Source: an uncultured Desulfobacter sp. (GTDB lineage: Bacteria > Desulfobacterota > Desulfobacteria > Desulfobacterales > Desulfobacteraceae). Taken from it: a stretch of DNA of 64,000 nt. The position numbers and the translations under genes are program-made. The notes beneath the pieces were generated by a model, which was given only the letters and a program-made list of their open reading frames with translations, searched no databases and was not told the origin of the DNA. Below, piece by piece: positions 1 to 10,058 of this stretch. The stretch lies in assembly GCA_963665095.1 (NCBI GenBank), contig OY762069.1, positions 5,152,001 through 5,216,000 on the forward strand, written 5' to 3'. Each line of letters starts with the position of its first letter. Position 1 is the stretch's first letter.

Positions 1-399
1 GGTCTTTGTGGATTGAATATTTTCAAAGGAGGCGATCCGGGTCTGGATCAGGTCTTCCAGTTCCGGGATTCCTGATGTTTTTATTTTGATCATTAATGCG
101 TCACTGCCGGCCAGGTGATGAACCTCCTGGACCTGTTCAATGGCTGTCAGCAGATTGCCGGTTTCCCGAATCAGGGCGGGGCGCATGACCTGGACGCAGA
201 CAAAGGCGGTGACGGCACAGCCGAACATATCCGGATTCAGGCGGACCTCATATCCCTGGATAATACCTTTGGCCTCCAGTTTTTTAATACGTTCAAGCAC
301 GGCTGAAGGCGCCATGCCTATGGTTCTGGAGACCTCAACATTGGGGATTCTGGCTTTTTTCTGAAGAATTTTTAATATTTCAAGATCTGTTTTATCCAT
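1..399 (-). CDS. Lrp/AsnC family transcriptional regulator, truncated by the window start
   Basis: Not in the ORF track. Manual translation from ATG at 399 gives MDKTDLEILKILQKKARIPNVEVSRTIGMAPSAVLERIKKLEAKGIIQGY, a typical Lrp/AsnC HTH. Confidence 0.9.
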   Translation of the reverse strand, partial: MDKTDLEILKILQKKARIPNVEVSRTIGMAPSAVLERIKKLEAKGIIQGYEVRLNPDMFGCAVTAFVCVQVMRPALIRETGNLLTAIEQVQEVHHLAGSDALMIKIKTSGIPELEDLIQTRIASFENIQSTKT

Positions 400-485
400 G
401 ACAATACCGGGTTTTCTGTGTTAAATATATCATATAAAATTTATTCGTGTTGACCAGAATAATATTCGCGATATTTTATTGTGTC

Positions 486-500
486 AAGAATATTATTCTA
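486..500. promoter_or_regulatory. Lrp-type palindromic operator
   Basis: AAGAATATTATTCTA matches 14 of 15 positions of the E. coli Lrp consensus YAGHAWATTWTDCTR and lies upstream of the Lrp gene. Confidence 0.5.
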
Positions 501-732
501 AAATTTGCCAAATAAATGAATAAAAATTTCTAATTGTTCCGTATGGACGATGCAAGGCCGTTTGATTGATGTTGATAAATTACCATGTTTCATATACATG
601 TAATTTTTTATATGAAAGAATCTATAACCTGCAGGGTTTCTTTCATGCTTCGTTCAGGGATGAACCTGGATACGAAGACCAGGTCAGCCCATGGCTGTTA
701 TTTGAACTCCAATTAACAACAGGTTGAGGTGG

Positions 733-2265
733 ATGGATAAGGATAACATCAAAATCCTGGTGGTGGATGATGAAGACGGCATCCTGGATGTCACCGAAGG
801 ATTTTTTGAGAGAAAAGGGTATGAGGTATTTACTGCAGAGAACGGGATGGACGCGCTGGATATTGTCAACCGTGAAAAAATAGACTGCATTTTTACCGAT
901 ATCAATATGCCCGTGATGGACGGACTTGAATTTGCCGAAAGGATTCGTCAGATTGAAAGTACCCTGCCGGTGGTGGTGATGACGGGGTATCCCTCCCTTG
1001 AAAGTACCATTCAGACCCTGAAAAACGGGGTTGTGGATTACCTGATCAAGCCGGTAAACCTTGAACAGATGGAATTGACCCTGCGCAGGATTCTGCGCGA
1101 ACGGGAACTGTTTGTTGAAAATCTTATATTAAAAGAGGAGGTTGAACGCCGGGAACGTCTGCAGCAACTCAATTATGAACTGGTTAAAAAGGTGGAGAAG
1201 GTTAATACCCTGAACCGGATCATGGAAGACTTTGCCGCCATCGATTCCAGTTACGAAATATTCAATAAGGTTGTCAGCCTTGGTGTGGAGGAATTAAAGG
1301 CAGATATGGTTTTTTTCCATGTCTGTTCAGAACATGATAATTCTCTGGTTCTGGTGGACAAAGCGGATGCTTCTCAGGGAAAACACGAGAAATTAGAGGC
1401 GTATTCACGGGATATTCCAGATATTGAAAAAAGATATATCCTTGATGCACTGGGCAGCGACCACAATCCCTGTCTTATTTCAGATGCATCCCGGATCCCG
1501 TCACTGGGAGAGGCTGTCCGCTCTTTTATGGTGGTCCCGGTAAAGATCAGGGATAAAATTTTCGGTGTTGTCTGCGCGTATATTTTTCACAATGAAATAC
1601 TATTTGGAGAACAGGATATTTACTATCTGAATTTTATTACCCAGAAAGCAGCGGCCGCCATTGAAAATATTGCCCTGTATGAAAATATCTACGAAAATCT
1701 GTTTTCCACCCTGTTTGCTTTTGTTACCGCCCTTGAAGTGCGAGATCTTTATACGCGCAAACATTCCACACGGGTGGCCAGATACGCCCATATGATTGCC
1801 GAAGAGATGGGGTGTACGGAAGAGGAGTTGGATATAATCAATGTGGCAGGCAGCCTTCATGATATCGGAAAGATCGGAATTCCTGACGATATCTTGTTAA
1901 AACCGGGTCGCCTGACGGAACAGGAATACGAAAAAATTAAAGAGCACCCGGTTATTGGTGCGGATATTATCAGCAAACTGGGCCTGTGGGGCCGGGAGGC
2001 CGAGATTATCCGGCACCATCATGAGCGGTATGACGGGCAGGGCTATCCTGACCGCCTTAAAGGAGATAGTATTCCCCGGCTGGCAAGAATCCTGTCTGTT
2101 GCAGACTGCTATGATGCCATGGCATCAGACAGGTCATACCGGAAAAAGATGGACAAAAAAGATGTTCTTGACATTATTGTACAGAATTCCGGCACGCAGT
2201 TTGACCCTGAAGCAGTGGCGGTTTTTTTGCGGGTGGCGGAACAGGACCTTCCCGATGATTTTTAA
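733..2265 (+). CDS. Response regulator with REC, GAF and HD-GYP domains (c-di-GMP phosphodiesterase)
   Basis: REC motifs ILVVDDE, FTDINMP and KP; central GAF-like region; HDIGK and HHERYDGQGYP motifs. ATG at 733 follows GAGG (track start 724). Confidence 0.9.
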   Translation: MDKDNIKILVVDDEDGILDVTEGFFERKGYEVFTAENGMDALDIVNREKIDCIFTDINMPVMDGLEFAERIRQIESTLPVVVMTGYPSLESTIQTLKNGVVDYLIKPVNLEQMELTLRRILRERELFVENLILKEEVERRERLQQLNYELVKKVEKVNTLNRIMEDFAAIDSSYEIFNKVVSLGVEELKADMVFFHVCSEHDNSLVLVDKADASQGKHEKLEAYSRDIPDIEKRYILDALGSDHNPCLISDASRIPSLGEAVRSFMVVPVKIRDKIFGVVCAYIFHNEILFGEQDIYYLNFITQKAAAAIENIALYENIYENLFSTLFAFVTALEVRDLYTRKHSTRVARYAHMIAEEMGCTEEELDIINVAGSLHDIGKIGIPDDILLKPGRLTEQEYEKIKEHPVIGADIISKLGLWGREAEIIRHHHERYDGQGYPDRLKGDSIPRLARILSVADCYDAMASDRSYRKKMDKKDVLDIIVQNSGTQFDPEAVAVFLRVAEQDLPDDF

Positions 2266-2347
2266 TGGCTTGAGACATAAAATAAAATATGCTAACTTAA
2301 ATTTGACCATCACGGTATGACGATCTTAAAAGTGGAGTGAAACTGCA

Positions 2348-2701
2348 TTGGGCCTTTCAGACAAAGACGACAGACGAAAATATTCCAGGGTAGTTTTTAC
2401 AACGAAAATCGAAATTCGTATGCATGACGAGGCTGGGCAGGCAGTTCTGCTTGAGGCAAACTCAAAAGATTTAAGCCAGAGAGGCGTATTCGTCAAAACC
2501 GGGAAAAAATACGCCATAGGCACGGAATGTCGGGTGAATATCTATCTGTCCGGCGGCATAGAAGATGTCAAGCTGGACATACAGGGGCGTATCGTCAGGC
2601 ATACGGATATTGGATTTGGTGTGGAGTTTGACTCCATGGATGTGGACACCTATACCCATTTGAAAACGCTTATTTTATATAATAGTGAGCAAGCTGAATA
2701 G
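2348..2701 (+). CDS. Stand-alone PilZ domain protein
   Basis: RRKYSR (RxxxR) and DLSQRG (DxSxxG) c-di-GMP-binding motifs. Confidence 0.88.
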   Translation: MGLSDKDDRRKYSRVVFTTKIEIRMHDEAGQAVLLEANSKDLSQRGVFVKTGKKYAIGTECRVNIYLSGGIEDVKLDIQGRIVRHTDIGFGVEFDSMDVDTYTHLKTLILYNSEQAE

Positions 2702-2772
2702 GCGTTGTATAATGGTCTGCCCGACCTGCCCGGCAGAATCAGGACGTTGAAACCGGCCGGAGAAATTAGACT

Positions 2773-3234
2773 TTGGATGTTACATTAATAAACCCTTTTA
2801 TCAATGCGACCATTAATGTGCTGGAGACCATGGCGTTTGTAACGGTTACGGCTGGAAAACCCTATGTGAAAAAAGATAATATCGCTGTGGGGGACGTGAC
2901 CGGTGTCATGGGGCTTACAGGTGTGGCTATGGGAACCATTGCCGTGACCTTTGAGGAAAAATGCATCTTGAAGGTTGTTTCCAATATGTTTGGAGAAAAC
3001 ATAGAGGAGCTTAACGATGATATCGCTGATGCTGTAGGTGAATTAACCAATATGATTTCAGGACAGGCCCGACGGGAGCTTGATGAAGCAGGCAAAGTGT
3101 TTAAAGCAGCCATACCGACAGTGATTACGGGGAAAAGGCATTCCGTCCGGCACTATGGGGATGGCCCCAAAATCGCAATACCTTTTCAGACCGATGGCGG
3201 TGATTTTACAATTGAGGTGTGCTTTGACAGGTAA
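2773..3234 (+). CDS. cheX: Chemotaxis phosphatase CheX
   Basis: INPFINATINVLETM, GELTNMISG (ExxN) and IPTVITG. Confidence 0.92.
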   Translation: MDVTLINPFINATINVLETMAFVTVTAGKPYVKKDNIAVGDVTGVMGLTGVAMGTIAVTFEEKCILKVVSNMFGENIEELNDDIADAVGELTNMISGQARRELDEAGKVFKAAIPTVITGKRHSVRHYGDGPKIAIPFQTDGGDFTIEVCFDR

Positions 3235-3273
3235 AAGATGGGTTTCAATCCAATTAAGGAGGAAAATGTGCCA

Positions 3274-3648
3274 ATGGACACATCCATCAAGATTTTGATT
3301 GTTGACGATTTTGCGACCATGCGCCGTATTCTGAAGAATATTTTAAAACAGCTTGGTTTTAAAAATCTGGTGGAAGCCGATGATGGTACAACGGCGTGGG
3401 AGGTCCTTGAGAGCCAGGAGATTGACCTGATCATTTCCGACTGGAACATGCCCAAGATGACAGGGCTCGAGCTGTTGAAAAGAGTCAGGGCCAGTACCCA
3501 GTATAAGACGGCCCCCTTCTTAATGGTCACCGCCGAGGCTCAGAAACAGAATGTTATAGAAGCCGTCCAGGCCGGTGTTTCCAATTATGTGGTCAAGCCT
3601 TTCACTGCAGAGGCCATCTCCGACAAACTTACAAAGATTTTAAAGTGA
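3274..3648 (+). CDS. cheY: Chemotaxis response regulator CheY
   Basis: ILIVDDFATMRRI, SDWNMPKMTG, MVTAE and YVVKPFT. RBS AAGGAGG at 3256-3262; start is GTG 3268 or ATG 3274. Confidence 0.93.
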   Translation: MDTSIKILIVDDFATMRRILKNILKQLGFKNLVEADDGTTAWEVLESQEIDLIISDWNMPKMTGLELLKRVRASTQYKTAPFLMVTAEAQKQNVIEAVQAGVSNYVVKPFTAEAISDKLTKILK

Positions 3649-4715
3649 GCCCGGCGTCAATGGCCCAAGCTGCAGCCGAAGAAAAAGCAGTGCCTGCCCA
3701 GACTATGCCGGACTCGTTGCCGGCTTTTGACCGCAGCGGTATTGCCGGTGTCAGCAAGGGGATGACAGCCGTGCTTGACCGGGTCCGTAAAGTGGCCCGC
3801 TCTGATTCATCCGTACTGATTACAGGGGAGAGCGGCACCGGCAAAGAACTCATCGCACGGGCTATTCACAAAAATTCAGACAGAAAAGACGGCCCCATGG
3901 TAGTAATTAATTGCGGGGCCATACCTGGTGAACTGTTGGAAAGCGAACTGTTCGGGCATGAAAAAGGGGCTTTTACCGGTGCCCACAGATCCAGGACCGG
4001 ACGGTTTGAAATCGCTGATAAAGGCACTATTTTCCTGGATGAAATCGGGGATATGAGCCCTGAACTGCAGGTCAAGCTATTGCGCGCCCTGCAGGAAAGG
4101 CGGTTTGAGCGGGTGGGCGGTTCCCAGACCATAGAGGTGGATATCCGGGTAATTTCAGCCACCAATAAAAATCTGACAGCTGCTATTGAAAACAAGGAGT
4201 TCCGGGAAGATTTGTATTATCGTCTGAATGTGATACCCATCAAAATTCTACCCTTGAGAGACCGTCCCGAAGATATCATGCCGCTTGTTGACCATTTCCA
4301 GGCAGGACTGTCCCGGCGTAGTGCCCACTACACCCCCAAAGTATTTCCTGAAAAAGTCAGACAGGTGCTTTTAACCTATGAATGGCCGGGAAATATCAGA
4401 GAGCTTGAGAATTTGGTGGAAAGGTTGTCAGTGCTGGCCGAGGGGGATACGGTCTGCACGGAGGATCTGCCGGGTTGTATGATGGGGGCCGTATCAGACC
4501 CTGCCATGGTCAGTGTGGCCGGGGTGTTTCGTAATAATGTCGGGTTTGCAGAAGCCGTTGAATTATATCAGAAATCTTTAATTACCCATGCCCTTAACGA
4601 AACCGGCTGGGTAAAAGCCAAAGCTGCCCAGATGCTAAAAATGAACCGGACCACCCTGGTGGAAAAGATAAAAAAAATGGACCTTGAACCGGAAAGCCAG
4701 ATGCCGGTATTTTGA
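3645..4715 (+). CDS. Sigma54-dependent activator (FleQ/FlrA-like) lacking an N-terminal regulatory domain
   Basis: GESGTGKE Walker A, GAFTGA, FLDEIG, WPGNIREL and a C-terminal Fis HTH; only about 30 aa precede the AAA+ domain. Confidence 0.88.
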   Translation: MSPASMAQAAAEEKAVPAQTMPDSLPAFDRSGIAGVSKGMTAVLDRVRKVARSDSSVLITGESGTGKELIARAIHKNSDRKDGPMVVINCGAIPGELLESELFGHEKGAFTGAHRSRTGRFEIADKGTIFLDEIGDMSPELQVKLLRALQERRFERVGGSQTIEVDIRVISATNKNLTAAIENKEFREDLYYRLNVIPIKILPLRDRPEDIMPLVDHFQAGLSRRSAHYTPKVFPEKVRQVLLTYEWPGNIRELENLVERLSVLAEGDTVCTEDLPGCMMGAVSDPAMVSVAGVFRNNVGFAEAVELYQKSLITHALNETGWVKAKAAQMLKMNRTTLVEKIKKMDLEPESQMPVF

Positions 4716-4829
4716 CGCCTGCCGCCGGAATTCCCTGCACCCTTCGTTTTAGCCCTTTCTCCTGAAATCAATTGCCAGTCATGCTTTTTTTTGGTTGCCG
4801 GATTTGATATGATACATCCGTTTGGGGTA

Positions 4830-4845
4830 TGGCATATTATTTGCT
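4830..4845 (+). promoter_or_regulatory. Sigma54 (-24/-12) promoter upstream of the TPR gene
   Basis: TGGCAT-ATTAT-TTGCT matches TGGCAC-N5-TTGCW. Confidence 0.8.
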
Positions 4846-4887
4846 TTTTAATTCTCCAACCATGAACCCATCGGATATGAGAATGTC

Positions 4888-7569
4888 ATGAGAGAATTAA
4901 CATCTACAGGCCTAAGGGTATTAGCGGCAGCCGCAATCCTTGTGGTCAGCTGTGTCATTTTTGCGGGCACGGCCCTGGCAGCATACCCGCTTGTGAAATC
5001 CATTCAGATCAAGAGCCGTCCGTTTTCACTGGCCGTCCAAATGACCGGCCGGGCTCCTGTCAAGGTTATACGCATCGGAGAGAGAGAGGTGCTGGTTGCA
5101 ATTAAAAATGCAACGCTGGCCAAAGGATTGACCATTGCCGGTAAAGATAATCCACAACTTGAATCTGTCCATGTGGAGACCCTTGAAGGTAATGTCATTG
5201 CTTTGATGATGACAAGCCGCAAGCCTAACCGGAAAACCATAGATTCATCATTCAACTCAGCCACAAATCAGCTGGTGGTGGTTTTTAATGAAAGCCTGCG
5301 CCCCGAAAGCCGTCTGCCGACGCCCGCAGTATCCATGCCGGCCCTTGAAGTGCCTGAAACTTCAAGGACTCCGGTTTCCGGAAATACGGTTGCGCAACAG
5401 GGGGCTGCGTCTTCATCCGACACCGATAATCAGGTAAAAGCCCCGTTAAAACCTGCCCTTGAGCCGGCTGTGTCAAAATCAGAACCAGCTCCCCCCGCTT
5501 CCATGACCAAAAAACCGGTTTCTCCGGCTCCTGAAGCTGTCGGGGAAACTGAAACGGGGAAACAGAAAGCAAAGGTCACCGGGACGCCTAAAAGAGTCAC
5601 CCGGCCACCGGTTTACATCCCTGTCCAGCGTCAGTCCGGCCCCTTCAAGGGGGATGTGTCAGATATGTTCCGGAATGAGGAGCCCTTACTGGGCTGTGAG
5701 ACAAAGGCAGTTGTAAATGCGCTTCTTCTGGTAAAAAAACAATTGTATAAGGAAGCCGGTGCCATTCTGGACCAGTATCTGTACGAAGAGAATGCCGATT
5801 GCCTGGAACAGGTGCATTATCTGAGAGCATATGTCCATTTTATGGCAGCGGAAAAAGATGACGCGGCCAAGCTGCTGACTGCCGAACGTATGTTCCAGGA
5901 TGCAGTGGTGGCTTATCCGAAATCAAGCTACCTTCCCTTTGCCTATGCGGCCATGGGGCTGATTCAGTATCGTTTGCGCAATACTGCGGCAGCTGAAGGG
6001 TATTTTGATATTATCCGGGAGGGATATCCTGAATACTCAGGCATGCCTGAAGTTGAGTATCACCTTGCTGACATCTATGATGGAAAGGGCTATACAGACA
6101 AAGCCATGCGCCTGTATAAAAAGGTGTTCGAATCCAGGATGAACAACGCTTACATTCCTGATGCGGGGCTTGGGTATGGGAAGGCTCTGTTTAAAAACCG
6201 CCGGTATTTTGACGCATTGAGTATACTTAACTTTGTCATTAAAAATGATGTCAAAAAGGTGTATGAATCAGCGGATCTTCTCAGGTACACGGCAGATGCC
6301 AGTTTTGAACTGGGCATGAACAAAGAGGCCCGGCTCAATTATATCCGGCTGCTGAATATTTTTCCGGACATCGAAGACCCGGATATGGCTTTAAGCAGGG
6401 CCGGCGATGCCTATGGCATGGATAATCAGGAAGACAAGGCCATCAGGCTGTATGAGCTGGTGCGGGAAAAATATCCTGATTCCCCGGGGTTCATCAATGC
6501 CTCCATCGGCATTGCCAGGTATCTGAAAACAGATGCTGAAAAGATTGAGATCTATGAGATGATTAAAAACCGGTTCCCGGAAAATACCTATGCCCGGATT
6601 GCTATGATGCGCCTGGCTGAAATCTACCAGAAAAATGGTGAATATAATAAGTGCATCCAGGAGATTGAAGATCTGTTGTCCACCCATCCCAGAGGGCTGC
6701 GTTACGAGGCTGTCAAGCTCATGCAGAAAGCCTATGAGGCCCTGTTCAAAGAGCAGATGAAAGCGGATGAATATACGTCCGTGCTGAAACGGTATGAGCT
6801 GGAGCGTTTGAAGATCGGTAAAATGAGCAGTCGGGAGATTCCCTATTACGTGGGCAGCGCCTATTTAAGAGCCGGTCTGTATGAGCAGGCATTTAACCAG
6901 CTGATTTCTGCCTACAAATTGTATAAACGGTCTGAAAGGCCGTCGGGCCTGTTGTTCGGGCTGGGCAGAGCCATGGATGAATCCGGCAGGGATGATGATG
7001 CCATCAAGCTTCTGGATGCATTTGCCAAAAGATATCCAAAGGATAAAAGGCGGGTGGAGGCTTTAACCCGTGTGGGGCGGATTTATCTGGAAAAGAATCG
7101 TTTTACAAAGGCTGATCAAATACTTGCCAAAGCCTATGAAGCAGGCGATAATAGTCTGGACAAAGGTCGTATCCTTTTGCTTCGTGCCGATGTTTTTCAG
7201 GAAAAAACCGATCTTAAGACGGCTGCCGGGCTCAGAGAACAGGCTGTAAAGGCATTTTCCGCATCCCCGGGGGGAAATTACGACATACTGTCACAGGCTT
7301 ATAAAATTTTAGGCACCACCTATCTGGAGATGAAATCCTATGTGTCTGCCGCAGACGCCTTTGCCAAAGCCCTTGATTTTTCTGAAGGGGACCGTGCCAG
7401 GGCCAATCTCGGGTTTTTGCTCGGGGATGCATACCAGAAGGGGAATGTGCTGGATAAGGCAAAAAAAACCTTTGAACATGTGGCGCACTCCTATGACTCT
7501 GTGTGGGCGCGTCTGGCCCAACAGCGGCTGACAACCATAAACCTGGCTGAAAAAATGATAAATTCATAA
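4888..7569 (+). CDS. Exported tetratricopeptide-repeat protein in the flagellar cluster
   Basis: Signal peptide ending ALA-A, a beta-rich N-terminal domain, a Pro/Ser/Thr-rich linker and a long TPR array. Confidence 0.8.
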   Translation: MRELTSTGLRVLAAAAILVVSCVIFAGTALAAYPLVKSIQIKSRPFSLAVQMTGRAPVKVIRIGEREVLVAIKNATLAKGLTIAGKDNPQLESVHVETLEGNVIALMMTSRKPNRKTIDSSFNSATNQLVVVFNESLRPESRLPTPAVSMPALEVPETSRTPVSGNTVAQQGAASSSDTDNQVKAPLKPALEPAVSKSEPAPPASMTKKPVSPAPEAVGETETGKQKAKVTGTPKRVTRPPVYIPVQRQSGPFKGDVSDMFRNEEPLLGCETKAVVNALLLVKKQLYKEAGAILDQYLYEENADCLEQVHYLRAYVHFMAAEKDDAAKLLTAERMFQDAVVAYPKSSYLPFAYAAMGLIQYRLRNTAAAEGYFDIIREGYPEYSGMPEVEYHLADIYDGKGYTDKAMRLYKKVFESRMNNAYIPDAGLGYGKALFKNRRYFDALSILNFVIKNDVKKVYESADLLRYTADASFELGMNKEARLNYIRLLNIFPDIEDPDMALSRAGDAYGMDNQEDKAIRLYELVREKYPDSPGFINASIGIARYLKTDAEKIEIYEMIKNRFPENTYARIAMMRLAEIYQKNGEYNKCIQEIEDLLSTHPRGLRYEAVKLMQKAYEALFKEQMKADEYTSVLKRYELERLKIGKMSSREIPYYVGSAYLRAGLYEQAFNQLISAYKLYKRSERPSGLLFGLGRAMDESGRDDDAIKLLDAFAKRYPKDKRRVEALTRVGRIYLEKNRFTKADQILAKAYEAGDNSLDKGRILLLRADVFQEKTDLKTAAGLREQAVKAFSASPGGNYDILSQAYKILGTTYLEMKSYVSAADAFAKALDFSEGDRARANLGFLLGDAYQKGNVLDKAKKTFEHVAHSYDSVWARLAQQRLTTINLAEKMINS

Positions 7570-7586
7570 AGGATCCTTTTGGCAAA

Positions 7587-8969
7587 GTGCCCGGACAACG
7601 ACTATTCCTCATAATTGAAAATCCCAAAGAGCGTATGACCTATACAGACCTGTTTGAAGGAATGGGTTTTCTGGTTGATGCCGTGCCCGAAGGCTCAAGT
7701 ACCCTCAATTACCTGGAAGAGCAAAAACCTGCCGTGGTTGTTGCAGACGAGGCTACCCCGGGATTCAATGCCGTTGACTTCCTTAAACAGGCGTCAGAAA
7801 AACCCGGGGGGTTGCCAAAAACCATTATCATTACGGCTGATCCGGTGGTGGAATATGCTGTCAGCCTTATCCAGCATGGCGCCATGGATTATCTGATCAA
7901 GCCGGTTGATTTAAGACAGCTGGAACTTAGTGTAAAAAAATCCCTGGCTGCCGCTGTGGCTCAGGTTCCGGCTGCTTCCGGTCTGGAAAAGGATTCCCGT
8001 GTCAGGCATAAATCCGTTCAGATCATTACCAAAGATCCCAAGATGGAAAATCTGCTTGCCCTGGCTGCAAAGGTGGCAGACTCTTCAGCCTCTGTGCTCA
8101 TCCAGGGGGAAAGCGGTACCGGCAAGGAGCTTTTGGCCAGATTCCTCCATGAAAAAAGTTCCCGCAGCCATCAGCCTTTTATAGCGGTTAACTGCGCAGC
8201 ATTGCCGGAAAACCTGCTGGAAAGCGAGTTGTTCGGCCATGAAAAAGGTGCCTTTACCGGCGCTCTGGCCAGAAAAGCCGGAAAGTTTGAACTGGCGGAC
8301 AAAGGCACCCTGTTCCTGGATGAAATCACAGAGATGCAGTTTCATCTCCAATCCAAACTGCTCCGGGTGCTTCAGGAAAAAGTGGTGGACCGGGTGGGTG
8401 GTATCCAGTCTGTGGACGTGGATGTCCGGGTGATTGCCACCACCAACCGGGATGCCAGAGCGGCTGTGGAAAATCAGACGTTCCGGGAAGATCTGTTTTA
8501 CCGTCTGAACACCATTCCCCTGATCATTCCGCCGTTAAGAAAGCGCCTTCGGGATATCCGTCCCCTGTGTGATTTTTTTATTAAAAAATACTGCAGGATT
8601 GACGGCCGGTCTGTCAAAGGATTGACAGAAGAGGTTTCCGCCATTCTGTACAGCCACCCGTTTCCCGGGAATGTCCGGGAGCTTGAAAATATTATACACC
8701 GGGCAGTCCTTCTTGCTGACGCCGAGTTGATCACCCCGGCCGACCTTCTCATGGAAGGCTATGACATCCCCGCGGATACCGATGATCCAAATGCTGAAAT
8801 CCCGCCGGCAGCCGACCTCTCCGCTGGTTCCCTGAAAGAGATGGAGCAGAAAATGATTTTCAGGACCCTGGACCAGACCGAGGGCAACCGGACCCACGCC
8901 GCCAAAATTCTGGGCATCAGTGTCCGAACCCTTCGAAATAAATTGAACGAATATAAAGACGCCCTCTGA
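7587..8969 (+). CDS. Sigma54-dependent response regulator (FleR/FlrC-like)
   Basis: REC-like N-terminus, [22 protein letters not shown] and [24 protein letters not shown]; directly precedes flgB. Confidence 0.88.
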   Translation: MPGQRLFLIIENPKERMTYTDLFEGMGFLVDAVPEGSSTLNYLEEQKPAVVVADEATPGFNAVDFLKQASEKPGGLPKTIIITADPVVEYAVSLIQHGAMDYLIKPVDLRQLELSVKKSLAAAVAQVPAASGLEKDSRVRHKSVQIITKDPKMENLLALAAKVADSSASVLIQGESGTGKELLARFLHEKSSRSHQPFIAVNCAALPENLLESELFGHEKGAFTGALARKAGKFELADKGTLFLDEITEMQFHLQSKLLRVLQEKVVDRVGGIQSVDVDVRVIATTNRDARAAVENQTFREDLFYRLNTIPLIIPPLRKRLRDIRPLCDFFIKKYCRIDGRSVKGLTEEVSAILYSHPFPGNVRELENIIHRAVLLADAELITPADLLMEGYDIPADTDDPNAEIPPAADLSAGSLKEMEQKMIFRTLDQTEGNRTHAAKILGISVRTLRNKLNEYKDAL

Positions 8970-8993
8970 TAATTCCTTCGCGCCTGTCAACCC

Positions 8994-9009
8994 CGGCATG
9001 TAATTTGCT
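8994..9009 (+). promoter_or_regulatory. Sigma54 (-24/-12) promoter of the flgB operon
   Basis: CGGCAT-GTAAT-TTGCT, about 115 nt upstream of flgB. Confidence 0.75.
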
Positions 9010-9125
9010 TTTTCCGTTACCAGTGGTGTTATCCCGGCACTGAATGCATGCAGGGATATCCGGGAAAAGGTCAACAGGAAAAAGCCTTTTTCAGCAGCAG
9101 TTCATCATAATAAGGAAGCGATATC

Positions 9126-9539
9126 ATGGCCGATTCAAGAATTTTCGGACATACCTATGACATGATCGGAAAGAGCCTGGATATATCCACCCGGCGGCAC
9201 AACCTGATCTCCGGTAATATTGCCAATATGGATACCATTGGATATACGCCCACCGACATTGATTTTCAAAGCGCCCTTAAAAGAGCCATGGCAGATCCCG
9301 AGCCTGATTACCTGGATAAGACCAATGCAAAGCATCTGGCCGGAAATCTTGACCGTCCCGGCAGTGGTCTCAACGGTATGGACAGCGAGGATGTGGATAT
9401 CTATCACCTGGACTCGGTAAATATTGATACGGAGATGATGAGCCTGATGGAGAACAATGTGAAATTCCGTTCCACCGCCGAGATGCTGCTGCGCAAAATG
9501 AGCATTCTCAACTATGCCATTGATGAGGGAGGACAATAA
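9126..9539 (+). CDS. flgB: Flagellar basal body rod protein FlgB
   Basis: NIANMDTIGY and SVNIDTEM motifs; gene order. Confidence 0.92.
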   Translation: MADSRIFGHTYDMIGKSLDISTRRHNLISGNIANMDTIGYTPTDIDFQSALKRAMADPEPDYLDKTNAKHLAGNLDRPGSGLNGMDSEDVDIYHLDSVNIDTEMMSLMENNVKFRSTAEMLLRKMSILNYAIDEGGQ

Positions 9540-9542
9540 ACC

Positions 9543-10043
9543 ATGGATTTAATGAATGCGGCAAAAATCAGCGGCACTGCTCTGGCAGCACACCGTATGA
9601 AGCTCAATGTCATTGCTGAGAACCTTGCCAACGTGGACACCACCCGCAGTAAAGAAGACGGCGGACCTTACCGCAGGAAAATGGTGGTATTCAAAGGGGA
9701 TAATATTGACTCTTTTGAAAGTGTGGTGCAGCAGAAGATAAGAAAGGACCAGTCCGGCCAGATTGAGTTCTCCCCCATTGAATTTGAAAATGAAAAAAAA
9801 CCGGATAACGGTACCGGCGTTAGGGTAGATCAGATTGTCAGATCCCAGGAAGATTTTCATCTGGTATACAACCCTGCCCATCCCGATGCGGACCCGGATA
9901 CCGGGTATGTCAAAATGCCCAATGTGGATCATCTAACGGAAATCGCAGACATGATGGTGGCCAGAAGAAGCTATGAAGCCAGTGTTACAGCGCTTTCCAG
10001 CACAAAGGATATGGTTTCCAAGGCACTTGAGATCGGTAAGTAA
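9543..10043 (+). CDS. flgC: Flagellar basal body rod protein FlgC
   Basis: NLANVDTT, GPYRRK, YNPAHPDAD, GYVKMPNVD and RSYEAS. Confidence 0.95.
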   Translation: MDLMNAAKISGTALAAHRMKLNVIAENLANVDTTRSKEDGGPYRRKMVVFKGDNIDSFESVVQQKIRKDQSGQIEFSPIEFENEKKPDNGTGVRVDQIVRSQEDFHLVYNPAHPDADPDTGYVKMPNVDHLTEIADMMVARRSYEASVTALSSTKDMVSKALEIGK

Positions 10044-10058
10044 GAAAGGGGTGAATAA

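Noticed and set aside
115..364. Short plus-strand ORFs 115..306 and 140..364
   Set aside because: They are antisense shadows of the Lrp/AsnC gene.
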